Shown: positions 50,633 to 63,049 of the stretch, in pieces
Numbering within the stretch: position 1 is the first letter of the stretch
Layout of the letters: every line of letters starts with the position of its first letter
Origin: Scyliorhinus canicula
Taxonomy: Eukaryota
Length of the DNA: 64,000 nt
Assembly: GCF_902713615.1 (NCBI RefSeq)
Contig: NC_052157.1
Coordinates: forward strand, 58,416,325 to 58,480,324
Reading direction: 5' to 3'
Translations under genes and position numbers: made by a program
The notes under the pieces: generated by a model
Seen by the model: the letters and a program-made list of their open reading frames with translations, nothing else
Database searches by the model: none
Told to the model about the DNA's origin: nothing

Positions 50633-51841
50633 TGTAAGAATATAACAATATGAAAAAAATGTCTGCGAGTCTGTAGGTTGGTTTAAGGCCTTCACTGTAA
50701 AGAAGGATTTATGACCCCTGAAGCAAACACAGGGTTAGCAACAAGGGACCCTGACAGAAAAGTGGAAGCTGTTAATGCTGTTGAAAGGATCTTTCCCAGA
50801 AACTGCTAGAATACGCAGGACAATAAAGAGGGACACAAAACAGGTCACTGAAACTAAAAGTTCCAGAAACCAGGCAATAGGACACAAGAGAGTTCCAGGA
50901 AGACTGAAGTCAAAGCAAGAAATTACAGGAGTTGGAACAACGTCCTCCTCACTGAAGTTGAAGCAAGACCAGCGCGAGGCTACCCGTTAAAGACAGACTG
51001 GTGACATTGTTCAATGAGAAGCCAGACATCCAAAGTGATGAAAGAGTTGGTGACACCTCAATAAAACCTGTGAAACAGTTGTATTCTTTTGGCATCACTG
51101 GGTATCTGAGAGATTGTGTGGAAGCTGGAATGTACGTGGTGCCTCAGTGCAGTGCAATACCAAAAGGAGAAGTTGAAACCCTGGATCCGGCTCCTTGGTG
51201 GAGGTATCCAGGAGAGATTATTGTTTGGGAGAAGATTCCAAGGAACATTCTCCCAGGGTGGAGAGTGGAAACCCTCGTGTGGAGGTCAGAGTTCCAGTGA
51301 AATCAGTTGGCTCATAGTGTAACAAGCATCTAGGGGGAATCCACAAAAGTTGCATTGGGTTGCATCTGTCACTTGGTTTCAGTGTGTGAGAGGTTTGACC
51401 ACAATTCATTGATTAGTTTACAGCCAACTGTGCATTTATTGCGAACATTAGAGTATCAGATCAATTTTGTAACGTCTATTATCCTTATAAGTCTGTATAT
51501 ATTTGTAAAATTCTAGCCGCGGTGAAGAGTAGTGTGATATAGATCATCAGATCATACAATTTACAGTGCAGAAGGAGGCCATTCAGCCCATCGAGTCTAC
51601 ACCAGCCCCTGAAAGAGCATCCTACCCAAACCCCCGCCTTCATCCTATCCCTGTAACCCAGAAACCCCAGCAATGCCTTTTGGACTCGAAGGGGCAATTT
51701 AGCATGGCCAATCCACCTAACAGTTAATCACTTCTTGTTTAAGAAACGTTTATTTTTCTGTTACAAGTTCATCAGTAATCCTGTGACTCTATTCATCCAG
51801 GTATCTAAATACCCTAGGAATTGACTTGTCCAGATGTAACA
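50633..51841. mobile_element. LTR-like insertion (with a SINE 3' half at about 51545-51720) between promoters C and B
   Basis: TG..CA-bounded, LTR-like composition with AATAAA. No TSD confirmed. Confidence 0.45.
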
Positions 51842-52094
51842 TCATCTGGGATTGTAACAAAAGTGGGGTTTCAAATTCTTTCTCCTGACTTCAGATACTT
51901 TCCCGCAAGAAGCACATTGCATATTGTTCTGCTGGCATATTCCAAGTTTGCCTTTGGGATTTGGACAGCCTGGCACTGACCACCTACCATAACAGAACAT
52001 ACCCCATTTCATAAGCTCGAATATCATCATAGAGTCAGGCCAAAAGGTTACAAAATTTCTTAGAATGCAGAACATTGTTTACCACTGTTTTGCA

Positions 52095-52235
52095 ATTTCC
52101 TCATTTTGAGGCACAGTGACACCTCAACACTTTATCATTTAATACATAAAGGGAGAAGCATAGGAAGAGATTGTTCAGCCCGTTTGGAACGTGTCAGCAG
52201 TTACCACCCTGGGGAGCAGTTGGGACAGTTTGTGG
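52095..52235 (+). promoter_or_regulatory. Putative promoter and non-coding exon 1 of Siglec-like gene B
   Basis: ATTTCCTCATTTTG (inverted ETS/PU.1-type) at 52095-52108, TACATAAA at about 52143-52150, GTAAGT donor at 52236-52241. Inverted homolog of 31576-31716. Confidence 0.68.
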
Positions 52236-52432
52236 GTAAGTAACGTCAATGATTGGAATTCACTTTCATGAGCACCATCATCTTTTGTCAATATTGTGAA
52301 TTTATAACGACACCTACCAATGATTGATGCCTTTGAAAGAATACTACTTGGCGTTGAGGTATAGGTGTGAGGCACAAGTCTGTTTTACAGAACGTTTTTC
52401 TAGGTCAAGGCATGTGGGGAGTGCAGAGACAT

Positions 52433-52621
52433 GGGCCGGGATTCTCCACCCGCCGCCCCGGTTTTCAGGTGCAGTGCGTCCCCGCCGGCGGCAGGATTCT
52501 CCGTCCCGCCAGCTGGCCCATGGGGTTTCCCATTGTAGGCAACCCCATGCCGTGGGGAAATCCCCAGGCATGGGCGCGTTGCCGACGCAATGGAGAAACC
52601 CGCCAGCAAAGAATCCAGCCC
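52433..52621. mobile_element. Harbinger-type MITE, 189 bp, in intron 1 of gene B
   Basis: TIRs GGGCCGGGATTCT / AGAATCCAGCCC and 3-bp TSD CAT (52430-52432, 52622-52624). Confidence 0.82.
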
Positions 52622-52831
52622 CATGGGCTTTCAGATGTCCCAAGGTGGTGTAAGACTTTCTTTCTTAAAGCCATTAATTCTCTGCAAAGCACCTATCATC
52701 TTACCTGCTCAAATTATTCTGTGAAGACATTGATCACTCGAGAGCTGTCGGACAAGAGGCGAGGTCTCATTAACTCCTTTCTCTTTCAGAGCCTGAGAGT
52801 GAGAAGCTGCTGAAATATCAGAGATTGGACA

Positions 52832-52871
52832 ATGATCGGGAAATCTTACTTCCTCCTGTCACTTCTCCAAG
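52832..52871 (+). CDS. Signal-peptide (leader) exon of Siglec-like gene B; full exon 52790-52871
   Basis: tttcAG acceptor at 52788-52789, ATG at 52832, MIGKSYFLLSLLQ+G, GTAATA donor. Same 82-nt size and phase as 18490-18571. The downstream V exon is not in the window. Confidence 0.86.
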
Positions 52872-53069
52872 GTAATATTGTCAGCTCAGACAGATTTGTG
52901 GTTAATTGTCTTTGTAAAATATCATTCATAATGAGCTCTGATTGGGAACCAATTCAGCAGTGACCCAGTAAATAAACTCACACCAAGTCCCATTGGCTCA
53001 TTGGCAATGCCGAATATTTAACATTCAGGTCATGGTGTCGAAATCTCTCCCTGACCTCACATTTATTTG

Positions 53070-54480
53070 TTGGCGCAATTTAACCAAAACGTTTCTAAGT
53101 GTGCTAGAGAGCAGGAACTGCAGCAAGCTTCCCGATGCTCGGACTGGCGAGGCCGTCATTGCTATAAAACATTATTGATCCACTTAAAGAGGCCCCATGG
53201 GCTTCACGCCGCAAATGATGGTCCCGCCGGTTGATTTGCCGGGACCGCGCTCTCCAGCCCCCTGCTAACAAGGGACAGCAGCAGTTAAACCGCCCCTGCA
53301 CAGCCAACCTCACTCAGCTCACAGCCATACCATCGAGGAGACCAACTCTATGATTCAGGGATGCCGATGTGGGCAGATTGTTGGACGTGGTAAAGGCCAG
53401 ACTGAATTCCCGGTTCCCCTGAGGGTCTCAGAGGGTCAGCCACTGGGCAGCCAGTGCTGCCTGGGAAGTGGTAGCAGCTGTCAGCTCGAGGAGTGTGACC
53501 AGGAGGACCAGGGCCCAGTGCCATAAGAAGATCAACGACCTGCACTGGGCCACACGGGTGGGTTGGCATCGGACCTCAAAACCACTCCCTCCTGAGAATC
53601 TGCCTGGCACTGTCCATGCCCAAAGTTCCATGCCCCAGCCCACCCATCTACAGCAGTGCCCTCCACGCCGCCCACCCCCATACACCCAATCCCCATACTG
53701 TCCACTCCCCTTCTCCCCCTTCCCCATATAACCCTATCCATCCCACTCCCCATCTCCCCCCCACCCAAAACCCCCACCCACATCTGCGCTGAACAACACG
53801 TGCAGTCTGTGTCCCCGCAAGAGAAGTTGGAATATAACAGATGGGAGAGGGCCCAGATGTGCGGCGGGGTGCCAGACATCAGTGTCCTCACCCCCGACGA
53901 GGAACAGGCCCTGGAGGTCACCGGGTGGCCAAGGACAGATCTGTCACTGACGTAGAGGTTGACGTGTGGTGCAGAAGTGAGGCTTCACCAGCCCCTACCG
54001 AGATGACCTGTTACACATGAGTTGTTAATGCCACACAGAATTACTCACCCCTCCCCACTGATCACATGTCCATTCTCCCACAGGATCACCATCCGATGGT
54101 GCCGATCCATCCGGGCTGGTCCCTTCCACCTCCTACCTCAGAGGGGAGCTCTGAGGACACCACCTTATTCGCGGCACAGCTGTCACCCCCACCCTCCCCC
54201 AGCGCGGAAACACACAACTCGGTGGGTGACAGCAGTGGACAGACTCCTGGGGCACATTCTGGTGAGCACCACACAGTTGCTGGTGCACATCAGGAACACC
54301 TGGGTGAGAAAGCAGTCGGAGGTCTGCTGGATCCCAGGATCCAGCTGGATCCCAGTCAGCTGCTGAGCCTCTGGACCAAGGTTACCCCACGCTGATGCAG
54401 ACATTAGGGTGTGGCAGCCGGGACATTCAGAAGGGGATGTCAGCGACACTCCAGCAGGTCCATAGCTGATTGGAGGAGCC
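53070..54480 (+). mobile_element. Harbinger Myb/SANT-like gene remnant
   Basis: FRDADVGRLLDVVK..AWEVVAAVSSRSVTRRTRAQCHKKINDL, and EKLEYNRWERAQMCGGVPDISVLTPDEEQALEV. Confidence 0.8.
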
Positions 54481-54623
54481 CCACAGACCTAACAATTTGA
54501 ATTTCCAAAGATCTTTAACCCTTGACTACTCCATTAAGTTACAGATATCAGATTTATAAGTAAAACATTAATAAACTGCTCATTACTAAAAAAGTGACAA
54601 GATGAACATATAAGAAAACAACA

Positions 54624-55270
54624 GGGGTGGGATTCTGTGATCCTGAGGCTAAGTGTTGATGCCGTCGGAAACACCGTCACCTTTCTCGACGGCGTCAACA
54701 CGGCCTCAGGATCAGCAATTCTGGTCCCTACAGGGGGTCAGCGCGGCACTGGAGTGGTTCACGCCGCTCCAACTGTTGATCCTGTCGGGAACTGGCCGCC
54801 GCGGGATCCGCGCATGTGCAGTGGGGCCAGCGCCAACACGCGCATGCGTAGTGGCTTCCTTCAACCCGCCGGCCCCAACGCAACATGGCGCAGGGCTGCA
54901 GGGGCTGGCGCGGAGGAAAGGAAGCCGCCAGCCAGAGGGGCCTGACCGCCGATCGTTGGGCCCCGATCGAGGGCCAGGTCACATCGGAGGCCCCCCCAGC
55001 GGTCGGACCCCTCCTCCCCTCTCCCCCCACTCCCCTCCCACCCCACAGGCTGCCCCCGGACCCTTCAATGCCGCGGTTTTTACAACGGCAGCTCGCCCCA
55101 TCAGGGGCCGAGAATCGGCAGGCTGGCCACGTAGAGTGGCCCCAGACTGGCGCCACACCAACCACACCACTCTGCGGAGAATCGCGTGCCAGTGTCGGGG
55201 TAGCGTGGCGCGATTCACGCCGGTCGCCGGGATTCTCCAGCCCTGCCCCGGGCTGACAGAATCCCGCCCC
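54624..55270. mobile_element. Harbinger-type MITE inside an LTR fragment (54480-55400)
   Basis: TIRs GGGGTGGGATTCTGTGA / TGACAGAATCCCGCCCC. Confidence 0.8.
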
Positions 55271-57005
55271 CTGGTTCTCTAATTCATTGATCTATGATGA
55301 CCATCTACTAGACTACCTAATCCCAGGACCCCATCCCACCCTCTGCCCAGACACACACAAGACAAGCACAAGGTAAGGGTTGCTGAGCATTAAAAAACAG
55401 GGATTAAAGGGGTAGGTTTGAAATAATTCTTCACTACTGTGGTTGCAGCCTCTGGGAAATAGATTTACACGAGAAGTTCAGCTTGGCGCAATTCCATCCT
55501 TCGGTCACCAGATGGTGGTTCATTTAAGAATTCTAGGTTGGTGCGACAGCCCCAACACATACAGTTCGAAGATTACTGACCTTTGGGGGGCGTGGGGGAT
55601 GTGCAGGGGTAGGGTGGGTGTGGGGGTTTGGAGGGGTGGGGGAGGGGTGGGTGGGGGACGTGGGGGTGGGTGGCATGGGGGTGTGGGAGGGTTGGGGGGG
55701 TGTGCTGGGTGTGGGGTGGTGGGGTGGTGAGGTGTGGTTGGGGTTGCGTGGGTGGGAGGGGTGTGGGGGTGGGGGGGTCTGGATGTGGGAGGTGTGGGTG
55801 GGGGAGTGGGTGTGAGGGGGTCTGGGTGTGGGGGTTTGGGGGGTCTAGGTGTGAGGGGAGTGGGGTGTGTGGTGATGTACCACTGTATATATGTGTGTGC
55901 TTGCATTAGGGGATGTACGACAGTACCTGTATTACAGGTTTTCCGGTAAGCCCCTGCCGGCTAGCTCTGCCCACAGGAAGCAGTATAAATATTCATCAGT
56001 TTCCCTGAGATGCCATTCTACAGCTGCAGCCGAAGGAATAGCATCTCACTGTAATAAAGCCTCTCTTGTATCGATTCGAGTCTTTGTGTGCAATTGTTAG
56101 CGCCACAATTTATTACAGTGAGATTTTCCAACATCATGGACATCAGAATTAAGCCTGATCGCCTGCAGCTGGATCCACAGTCGCCGCAAACAAGGAAAGA
56201 CTTTAACCACTGGCTGGCTGTTTTCGAGGCCTACATCACCTCAGCGGACCCTACACCATCGGAGGCTCAGAAGGGACAACTCCTATACTCAAGGTTGAGC
56301 TCCAGCGTGTTCCCGCTAATTCAGGACGCGCCTAACTACGCCCGGGCCATGGAACTTCTCAAAGAGAATTACGCCCAGTCGAAAAACACTCTGTTGGCGA
56401 GACATGTACTCGCCACTCGCGTTCAGCAACCGGGTAAGTCGATTGAGGACTTCTGACGGGCCCTTATCCCTCTAGTACGGGACTGCGACTGCCAGGCCGT
56501 CTCGGCCACGGAACATTCGAATCTCCTCATGCGGGATGCATTTGTAATGGGTATTGCATCGGACCCCATCCGGCAACAACTGCTGGAAGGGGTCGCTCTC
56601 GATCTTGCGGCAACAAAGACTTTAGCGCTCTCAATGACGGCTGCTTCCTGTAATATGCAATCCTACCCTGCCCACAACGCAGCCCACCCATCCTACCCCT
56701 CGTGGACCCCGTAACCGATCCCTCCGACTGGGGCCACTCCCGCGCAGTATGCCTGCGCTGCTCGCTGCACCGCGCACCCTAGGGGTCCCCGCTGCTACTT
56801 CTGTGGTCAGCACAAGCACCCCCACCAGCGCTGCCCAGCCCGCATCACGACCTGCAAATCCTGTGGCAAGAAAGGCCATTTTGCAGCGGTGTGTCAGGCC
56901 CACGCAGTTGCCGCTATCGCGCCCGAACTCTCCCCCTCGCCTCAGTCGATCGCGCAATGGGCCCTGCCGTCCGCTACTCCCGGGGCCACGTGGAACCAGT
57001 GGACA

Positions 57006-57300
57006 CCGCCATCTTCCTTCCCCGACTCCACGTGCGATCAGTGGGCGCTGCCATCTTTCGCCGCCCCCGCCATGTGCACACCATGGGCGCCGCCATCTTC
57101 ATCCTCCGACTCCATGTGCGTTCCATGGTCGCCGCCATCTTGCCCCGCCCCCACAACGTGCACTCCATGGTCTCCGCCATCTTGCCCCGCCCCCACAACG
57201 TGCATTCCATGGTCGCCGCCATCTTGCCCCGCCCCCGCAACGTGCGCTGCATGGGCGCCGCCATCTTCTTCCCCGCAGGTACTCCAGACGCCGCCATTTT
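57006..57300 (+). repeat. 42-bp-period tandem repeat in the Gypsy gag-pol linker
   Basis: CCGCCATCTT core at 57006, (CTG variant) 57048, 57090, 57132, 57174, 57216, 57258, plus CCGCCATTTT at 57291. Confidence 0.92.
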
Positions 57301-60039
57301 GTCCTCCCCTCGGAACTGGACCACTGGACCCGGGTCGATCGCCCGCTACTCGCCTCCATGACGCTCGACCAATCCCGTCCTCGCAACCTGGCCACCGCTT
57401 CTACGATGGTGCTTATCAACGGCCAGTCGACCTCCTGCCTCATCGACTCTGGGAGCACGGACAGTTTCATCCATCCGGATACAGTAAGGCGCTGCTCCCT
57501 TGCGGTCCATCCCGCCAACCAGCGAATCTCCCTGGCCTCCAGATCCCACTCTGTCCTGATCCGGGGCTTCTGTCTGGTCAAACTCACCGTACAGGGCGTT
57601 GAATTCAACCGTTTTCCGCCTGTACGTTCTCCCCAACCTCTGTCCCACACTATTACTGGGCCTGGACTTCCAATGTAACCTCCAGAGCCTCACCCTCAAA
57701 TTCGGTGGGCCCCTACCCCCACTCACCGTTTGCGGCCTCACAACCCTCAAGGTTGACCCTCCCTCCCTCTTTGCCAATCTGACTGCAGATTGCAAGCCCG
57801 TCGCCACCAGGAGAAGACGGTACAGCACCCAGGACAAGTCCTTCATCAGGTCCGAAGTCCAGCTGTTGCTACGGGAGGGTATTATCGAGGCCAGCAACAG
57901 TCCCTGGAGAGCCCAGGTGGTGGTGGTTAAAACTGGGGAGAAACACAGGATGGTCGTGGACTACAGCCAGACCATCAACTGGTACACGCAGCTCGACGCG
58001 TACCCCCTCCCTCGCATATCTGATATGGTCAATCAGATTGCACAGTACCGGGTCTTGTCAACAATTGACCTGAAATCCGCCTACCACCAGCTCCCCATCC
58101 GTAAATTGGACCGTCCCTACACTGCCTTCGAGGCAGATGGTCGACTGTATCAATTTCTTAGGGTTCCCTTCGGTGTCACTAACGGGGTCTCGGTATTTCA
58201 GCGAGAAATGGACCGAATGGTTGACCGGTACGGACTGCGGGCCACGTTTCCGTACTTAGACAATGTCACCATCTGCGGCCACGACCAGCAGGACCATGAC
58301 ACCAACCTTGCAAAATTTCTCCACACCGCATCTCTCCTCAACCTCACATATAACAAGGAGAAATGCGTGTTCCGCACAGACCGCTTAGCCATCCTCGGCT
58401 ATGTAGTCCAAAACAGACTACTGGGGCCCGACCCCGACCGCATGCGCCCCCTCGTGGAGCTCCCCCTCCCCCACTGCCCCAAGGCCCTCAAACACTGCCT
58501 GGGGTTCTTCTCCTACTACGCCCAGTGGGTCCCACAATACGCGGACAAGGTCACCCCACTGATCCAGTCCACACAATTTCCCCTCACGGCCGTATTCGCT
58601 CAGACATAGCCAAGGCCGGGATGCACGCAGTAGACGAGACACTGCCCTTCCAAGTAGAGAGCGACGCTTCAGTTGCCGCCACTCTAAACCAGGCAGGCAG
58701 ACCCGTGGCATTCTTTTCCCGCACCCTCCATGCCTCCGAAATCCGACATTCCTCTGTTGAAAAGGAGGCCCAGGCAATCATTGAAGCGGTGCGGCACTGG
58801 AGGCATTACCTGGCCGGCAGGAGATTCACTCTCCTCACTGACCAACGGTCGGTAGCCTTCATGTTTAACAACACGCAGCGGGGCAAGATCAAAAATGACA
58901 AAATCTTGCGGTGGAGAATCGAGCTCTCCACCTATAACTACGAGATCTTGTATCGCCCCGGCAAGCTCAACAAGCCCCCAGACGCCCTCCCCCGAGGTAC
59001 ATGTGCCAGCACACAAGCAGACCAGATCCGTGCCTTGCACGAGAGCCTTTGCCATCCGGGGGTCACTCGGTTGTACCATCTGGTCAAAGCCTACAATCTG
59101 CCCTACTCCGTCGAGGAAATACGGACAGTCACCAGAGACTGCCAGGTCTGTGTGGAGTGCAAGCCGCACTTCTACCGGCCAGACCGCGCGCGCCTGGTGA
59201 AAGCGTCCCGCCCCTTTGAACGCCTCAGCGTGGATTTCAAAGGGCCCTTCCCCTCCACCGACCGCAACACCTACATCCTTAGTGTGGTCGATGAATTCTC
59301 TAGGTTCCCCTTCGCCATCCCATGCCCGGATATGATGTCTTCCACCGTCATCAAGGCCCTTGATTCCATATTCGCTCTGTTCGGTTTCCTCGACTATATC
59401 CACAGTGACAGGGGATCCTCGTTCATGAGTGATGAGCTGCGTCAGTTCCTGCTCAGCAGGGGTATCGCCTCCAGCAGGATGACCAGCTACAACCCCCGGG
59501 TAAAGGGCAGGTAGAGAGAGAGAACGGGACAGTATGGAGGGCCGTCCAGCTGGCCCTACTGTCCAGGAACCTCCCAGCCGCTCGCTGGCAGCAGGTCCTC
59601 CCTGACGTGCTCCATTCCATTCGGTCACTGCTGTGCACCGCAACTAACAACAGACGCCATAAACGTGTTTTTGCCTTCCCTAGGAAGTCTACATCTGGGG
59701 TGTCGCTCCTGACCTGGCTCTCGATCCAGGGCCGGTCCTTCTTCGTAGGCATGTCAGACTCCACAAGACAGACCCTCTGGTGGACAAGGTACGCCTGCTC
59801 CACGCGAACCCCCAATATGCCTACGTGGAGTTCCCCGACGGCCGCCAGGATACAGTCTCGTTCAGGGACCTGGCTCCCTCGGGTGCTGATCCCATGCCCA
59901 CACTCCTCCCTACCCACGCGCCACCCTCCTTTTCCCCAGCGCCCCCGACTTCAGCCCCACCAGGTCCATCCCTCGTTCCCCTGCCCACACTAGAGGACAT
60001 GGAAGATTTCAGCTCGCTCCCGGAGTCATCCAGCCACTG

Positions 60040-60556
60040 GCCAGCACCAACACCGCCAGCACCAACACCGGCAGCACCAACACCGCCAGCACCAACACCG
60101 CCAGCACCAACACCGCCAGCACCAACACCGCCAGCACTAACACCGCCAGCACCAACACCGCCAGCACTAACACCGCCAGCACCAACACCGCCAGCACCAA
60201 CACCGCCAGCACCAACACCGCCAGCACCAACACCGCCAGCACCAACACCGCCAGCACCAACACCGCCAGCACCAACACCGCCAGCACCAACACCGCCAGC
60301 ACTAACACCGCCAGCACCAACACCGCCAGCACCAACACCGCCAGCACCAACACCGCCAGCACCAACACCGGCAGCACCAACACCGCCAGCACTAACACCG
60401 CCAGCACCAACACCGCCAGCACCAACACCGCCAGCACCAACACCGCCAGCACCAACACCGGCAGCACCAACACCGCCAGCACCAACACCGCCAGCACCAA
60501 CACCGCCAGCACCAACACCGCCAGCACCAACACCGCCAGCACCAACACCGTCAGCA
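60040..60556 (+). repeat. 15-bp tandem repeat (CCAGCACCAACACCG)n, about 34 units, in frame with the integrase C-terminus (PAPTP)n
   Basis: Direct reading; ORF 59780-60655. Confidence 0.97.
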
Positions 60557-61079
60557 CCTACGCCGTCGATGCCGACACCGCCTGTGCAGACGTCGCCACC
60601 ACTGCTGCGTCGCTCACAACGGAGCGTCCGACCGCCGGTCCGACTCAACCTGTGACGGGCACCGGGTTGCCCGATGGACACTTGGTTCTTTTTCCCCCCC
60701 CCTCTTTAAGTAGATCACGTTTATGTATTATAGTTTCACGTCACCCCCGCCGGACTCATTATTTACAGGGGGTGAATGTGGTGATCTACCACTGTATATA
60801 TGTGTGTGCTTGCATTAGGGGATGTACGACAGTAGCTGTATTACAGGTTTTCCAGTAAGCCCCTGCCGGCTAGCTCCGCCCACAGGGAGCAGTATAAATA
60901 TTCATCAGTTTCCCTGAGATGCCATTCTACAGCTGCAGCCGAAGGAATAGCTTCTCACTGTAATAAAGCCTCTCTTGTACCGATTCAAGTCTTTGTGTGC
61001 AATTGTTAGCGCCACAGGGGGGTGGGGAGGGGGTGGAGGGTGACTTGGGGGAGGGGGTGGTGGGCAGGTTGGGGGGGGG

Positions 61080-63038
61080 GGGATAATCAGTGTCCAAAGA
61101 CTACAATTTAACCAGAAATCCCAAAGGCTGCAGTAACTTTGTAGAAGCTGCCCCCAAATCATGTACACAGGAACTGGAAGCAGGACGGGCATTAGAAGGG
61201 AACACAGATGGACATAGCCAGGTGCTGCGGAGCTGGTCCTAGTCACAGGTGGGCATTGCTGGAGCGCTCCAGAACATATCCCAGTCACTGTGCTGCAGAC
61301 AATGGGGAGCCGCCAGGGCTGGCAGCGCCAGATGACGCCGGGCAGCCAGGGCTCAGTCCAGCTGCCCCGAGTTGAACCCCAGAGCCCTATGGGCACTGAC
61401 TGGGAGAAGCAGGCACTGGGTGCCAACCCCGAGCCACCCAGAGTGCTGATGGCGCCCAAAAGCGTCTCTGCGACCTACCCTCCCCTGACAATGGTGAGAC
61501 TCAGAGTCAGCACCCGGAACTGGGCCGCACAGCAAGGCCAGCGCTGCCGGCAAGTGTCCCGGAGACCTCCGGTCCTAGGGCCACCAGAGGATGCCTGCCA
61601 GGGGCATCGACGGCCACAGGACATAGGAGGCAACACCTCTGATGTGCCTCCACCTCTGATGTGCATTCTGGGGACACACCCAGATGTAACAGTAGAGCAT
61701 GGAAGGGTAAGCTGGTTAAGGATCACGGAGTGGGCACTGTGGGGAAGGAGGTAGGAGGTAACGGGGCAAGAGTGCTTTGGGGAGGGGAAGAGGTTGGGGT
61801 GGGTGTTTGGCAGAATGGGGCTGCACCATCAAGGGATTGGGGTATTTGGGAACACGTTTGTATCGAATTTTTAAAAGGTGACCTCGGTCAATATGACGCC
61901 TCTGGCACTTATTTCTGCAATGCGGGCCGTGCATTAATCCCATGCCCCAACTCCCAGGTCATGGATGCCTCTTCCCCCAACTTGTCCCCCCAGAGCCCCC
62001 CCTCATACCCACCCCCTCAACCCCACCCCTGGCACACAATGTGCTGATGACGGGTGTGAGCGAGCACTCAGCAGACAGGCAGGGGTCAGACTGTGGCATA
62101 GATTGAGCAGCACCAGCGCCCAACTCGCTGCGGGTTATCATCACCGCCACCCCACTTACCCTCGACAGTGACCCGCTGACAGTGCTGACACACTCCCATC
62201 ACCCTGGAGTGCAGTTACACAGACCCTGTGAGGGTGGGACGGAAGAGGGAGAGAAGGGGGAAGGCTGAAGGATGTGGCGGAGGGGGGTGGGAAGACGGGC
62301 TGGTGGGGAGGGGGGTGAATGATGGACGAGACCGCATCCTATGTGAAGCAGGTAAGGGTGAAGTCCTCCCTGTCCCTCCGGATTTGTCGGACTCTCGCTG
62401 CTGTCGCCTGTTCTTCATCTACCGACTGGTCCTGCGGTCACTGGTCTCCGTACTGGCATCATTCGCTAGGTCCTCAGCAGATAACCCTTATCCCCAAAAG
62501 CCAAACAGCTGCCCTGGTGTGGTCCTCAAAGAGGCTGAGGATGTCCAACTGTCCTTGGATTAAGTTGTCAGGTACTGGAACCCATTCCTGTTGACATCGG
62601 GCATGCCCAGATGGCTCAGTGACGCAAGGCTACATGCGTGCCATCTATTAGCCCCTGGACCAAGGGCATCCTGTCTATGGCAGAGAATCCTACTGCCCAA
62701 GCATCTTGTTGGGCCTGGTCCATATCAAAGTTTATATAGTTTGCCGCCCGGGCAAACAGGGCATCTGTGACTTCACGGACTTCACTTATGGGCTGCAGCA
62801 TGTGAGATGCTGTACAATTCCCTGCTCGAGCCCAGGAATGATCCTGAGGTGTAGCAGTTCAGGGCCGCGGTGACCTTGATGGCCACCAGGACCGGGTATC
62901 CTCCTCCTCCACATGGTGCCAAGTCCATGAGGTCATGGCACAGGTGCCACACAGTTCCTTGTTGAGGTGGAGACTCCTGTGGCACATGCTGTCCGTCATC
63001 TGATCAAAAGACCAGCGACGCCTGTAAATCTTGGCCCC
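61080..63038. mobile_element. Degenerate Harbinger transposon (transposase on minus)
   Basis: VLVAIKVTAALNCYTSGSFLGSSRELYSISHAA; EVTDALFARAANYINF..VQGLIDGTHVALR. Possibly one element with 53070-54480. Confidence 0.8.
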
Positions 63039-63049
63039 TGTGGTAATGG

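Larger units (their letters stand above)
55868..61016 (+). mobile_element. Full-length, degenerate Ty3/Gypsy LTR retrotransposon
   Basis: 240-bp LTRs at 55868-56107 and 60777-61016 (TGTGG..CCACA; 8 differences by eye). PPT ACAGGGGGTGAA. gag from ATG 56136 with two CX2CX4HX4C knuckles, PR (CLIDSGS), RT (YLDN), RNaseH, IN (SVDFKGP..VVDEFSRFP..IHSDRG). Several stops/frameshifts. Confidence 0.96.

Noticed and set aside
52112-52140. CACAGTG heptamer in the promoter module (and CACTGTC in the satellite) as recombination signals
   Set aside because: No ACAAAAACC-like nonamer at 12 or 23 bp. The heptamer is part of the conserved promoter motif.
55520-55949. Pro-rich and Gly-rich ORFs
   Set aside because: G-rich low-complexity sequence.
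59821-60681. Gly-rich (GAGGV)n silk/elastin-like ORF and (VLAVL)n ORF
   Set aside because: Antisense readings of the 15-bp repeat within the Gypsy element.
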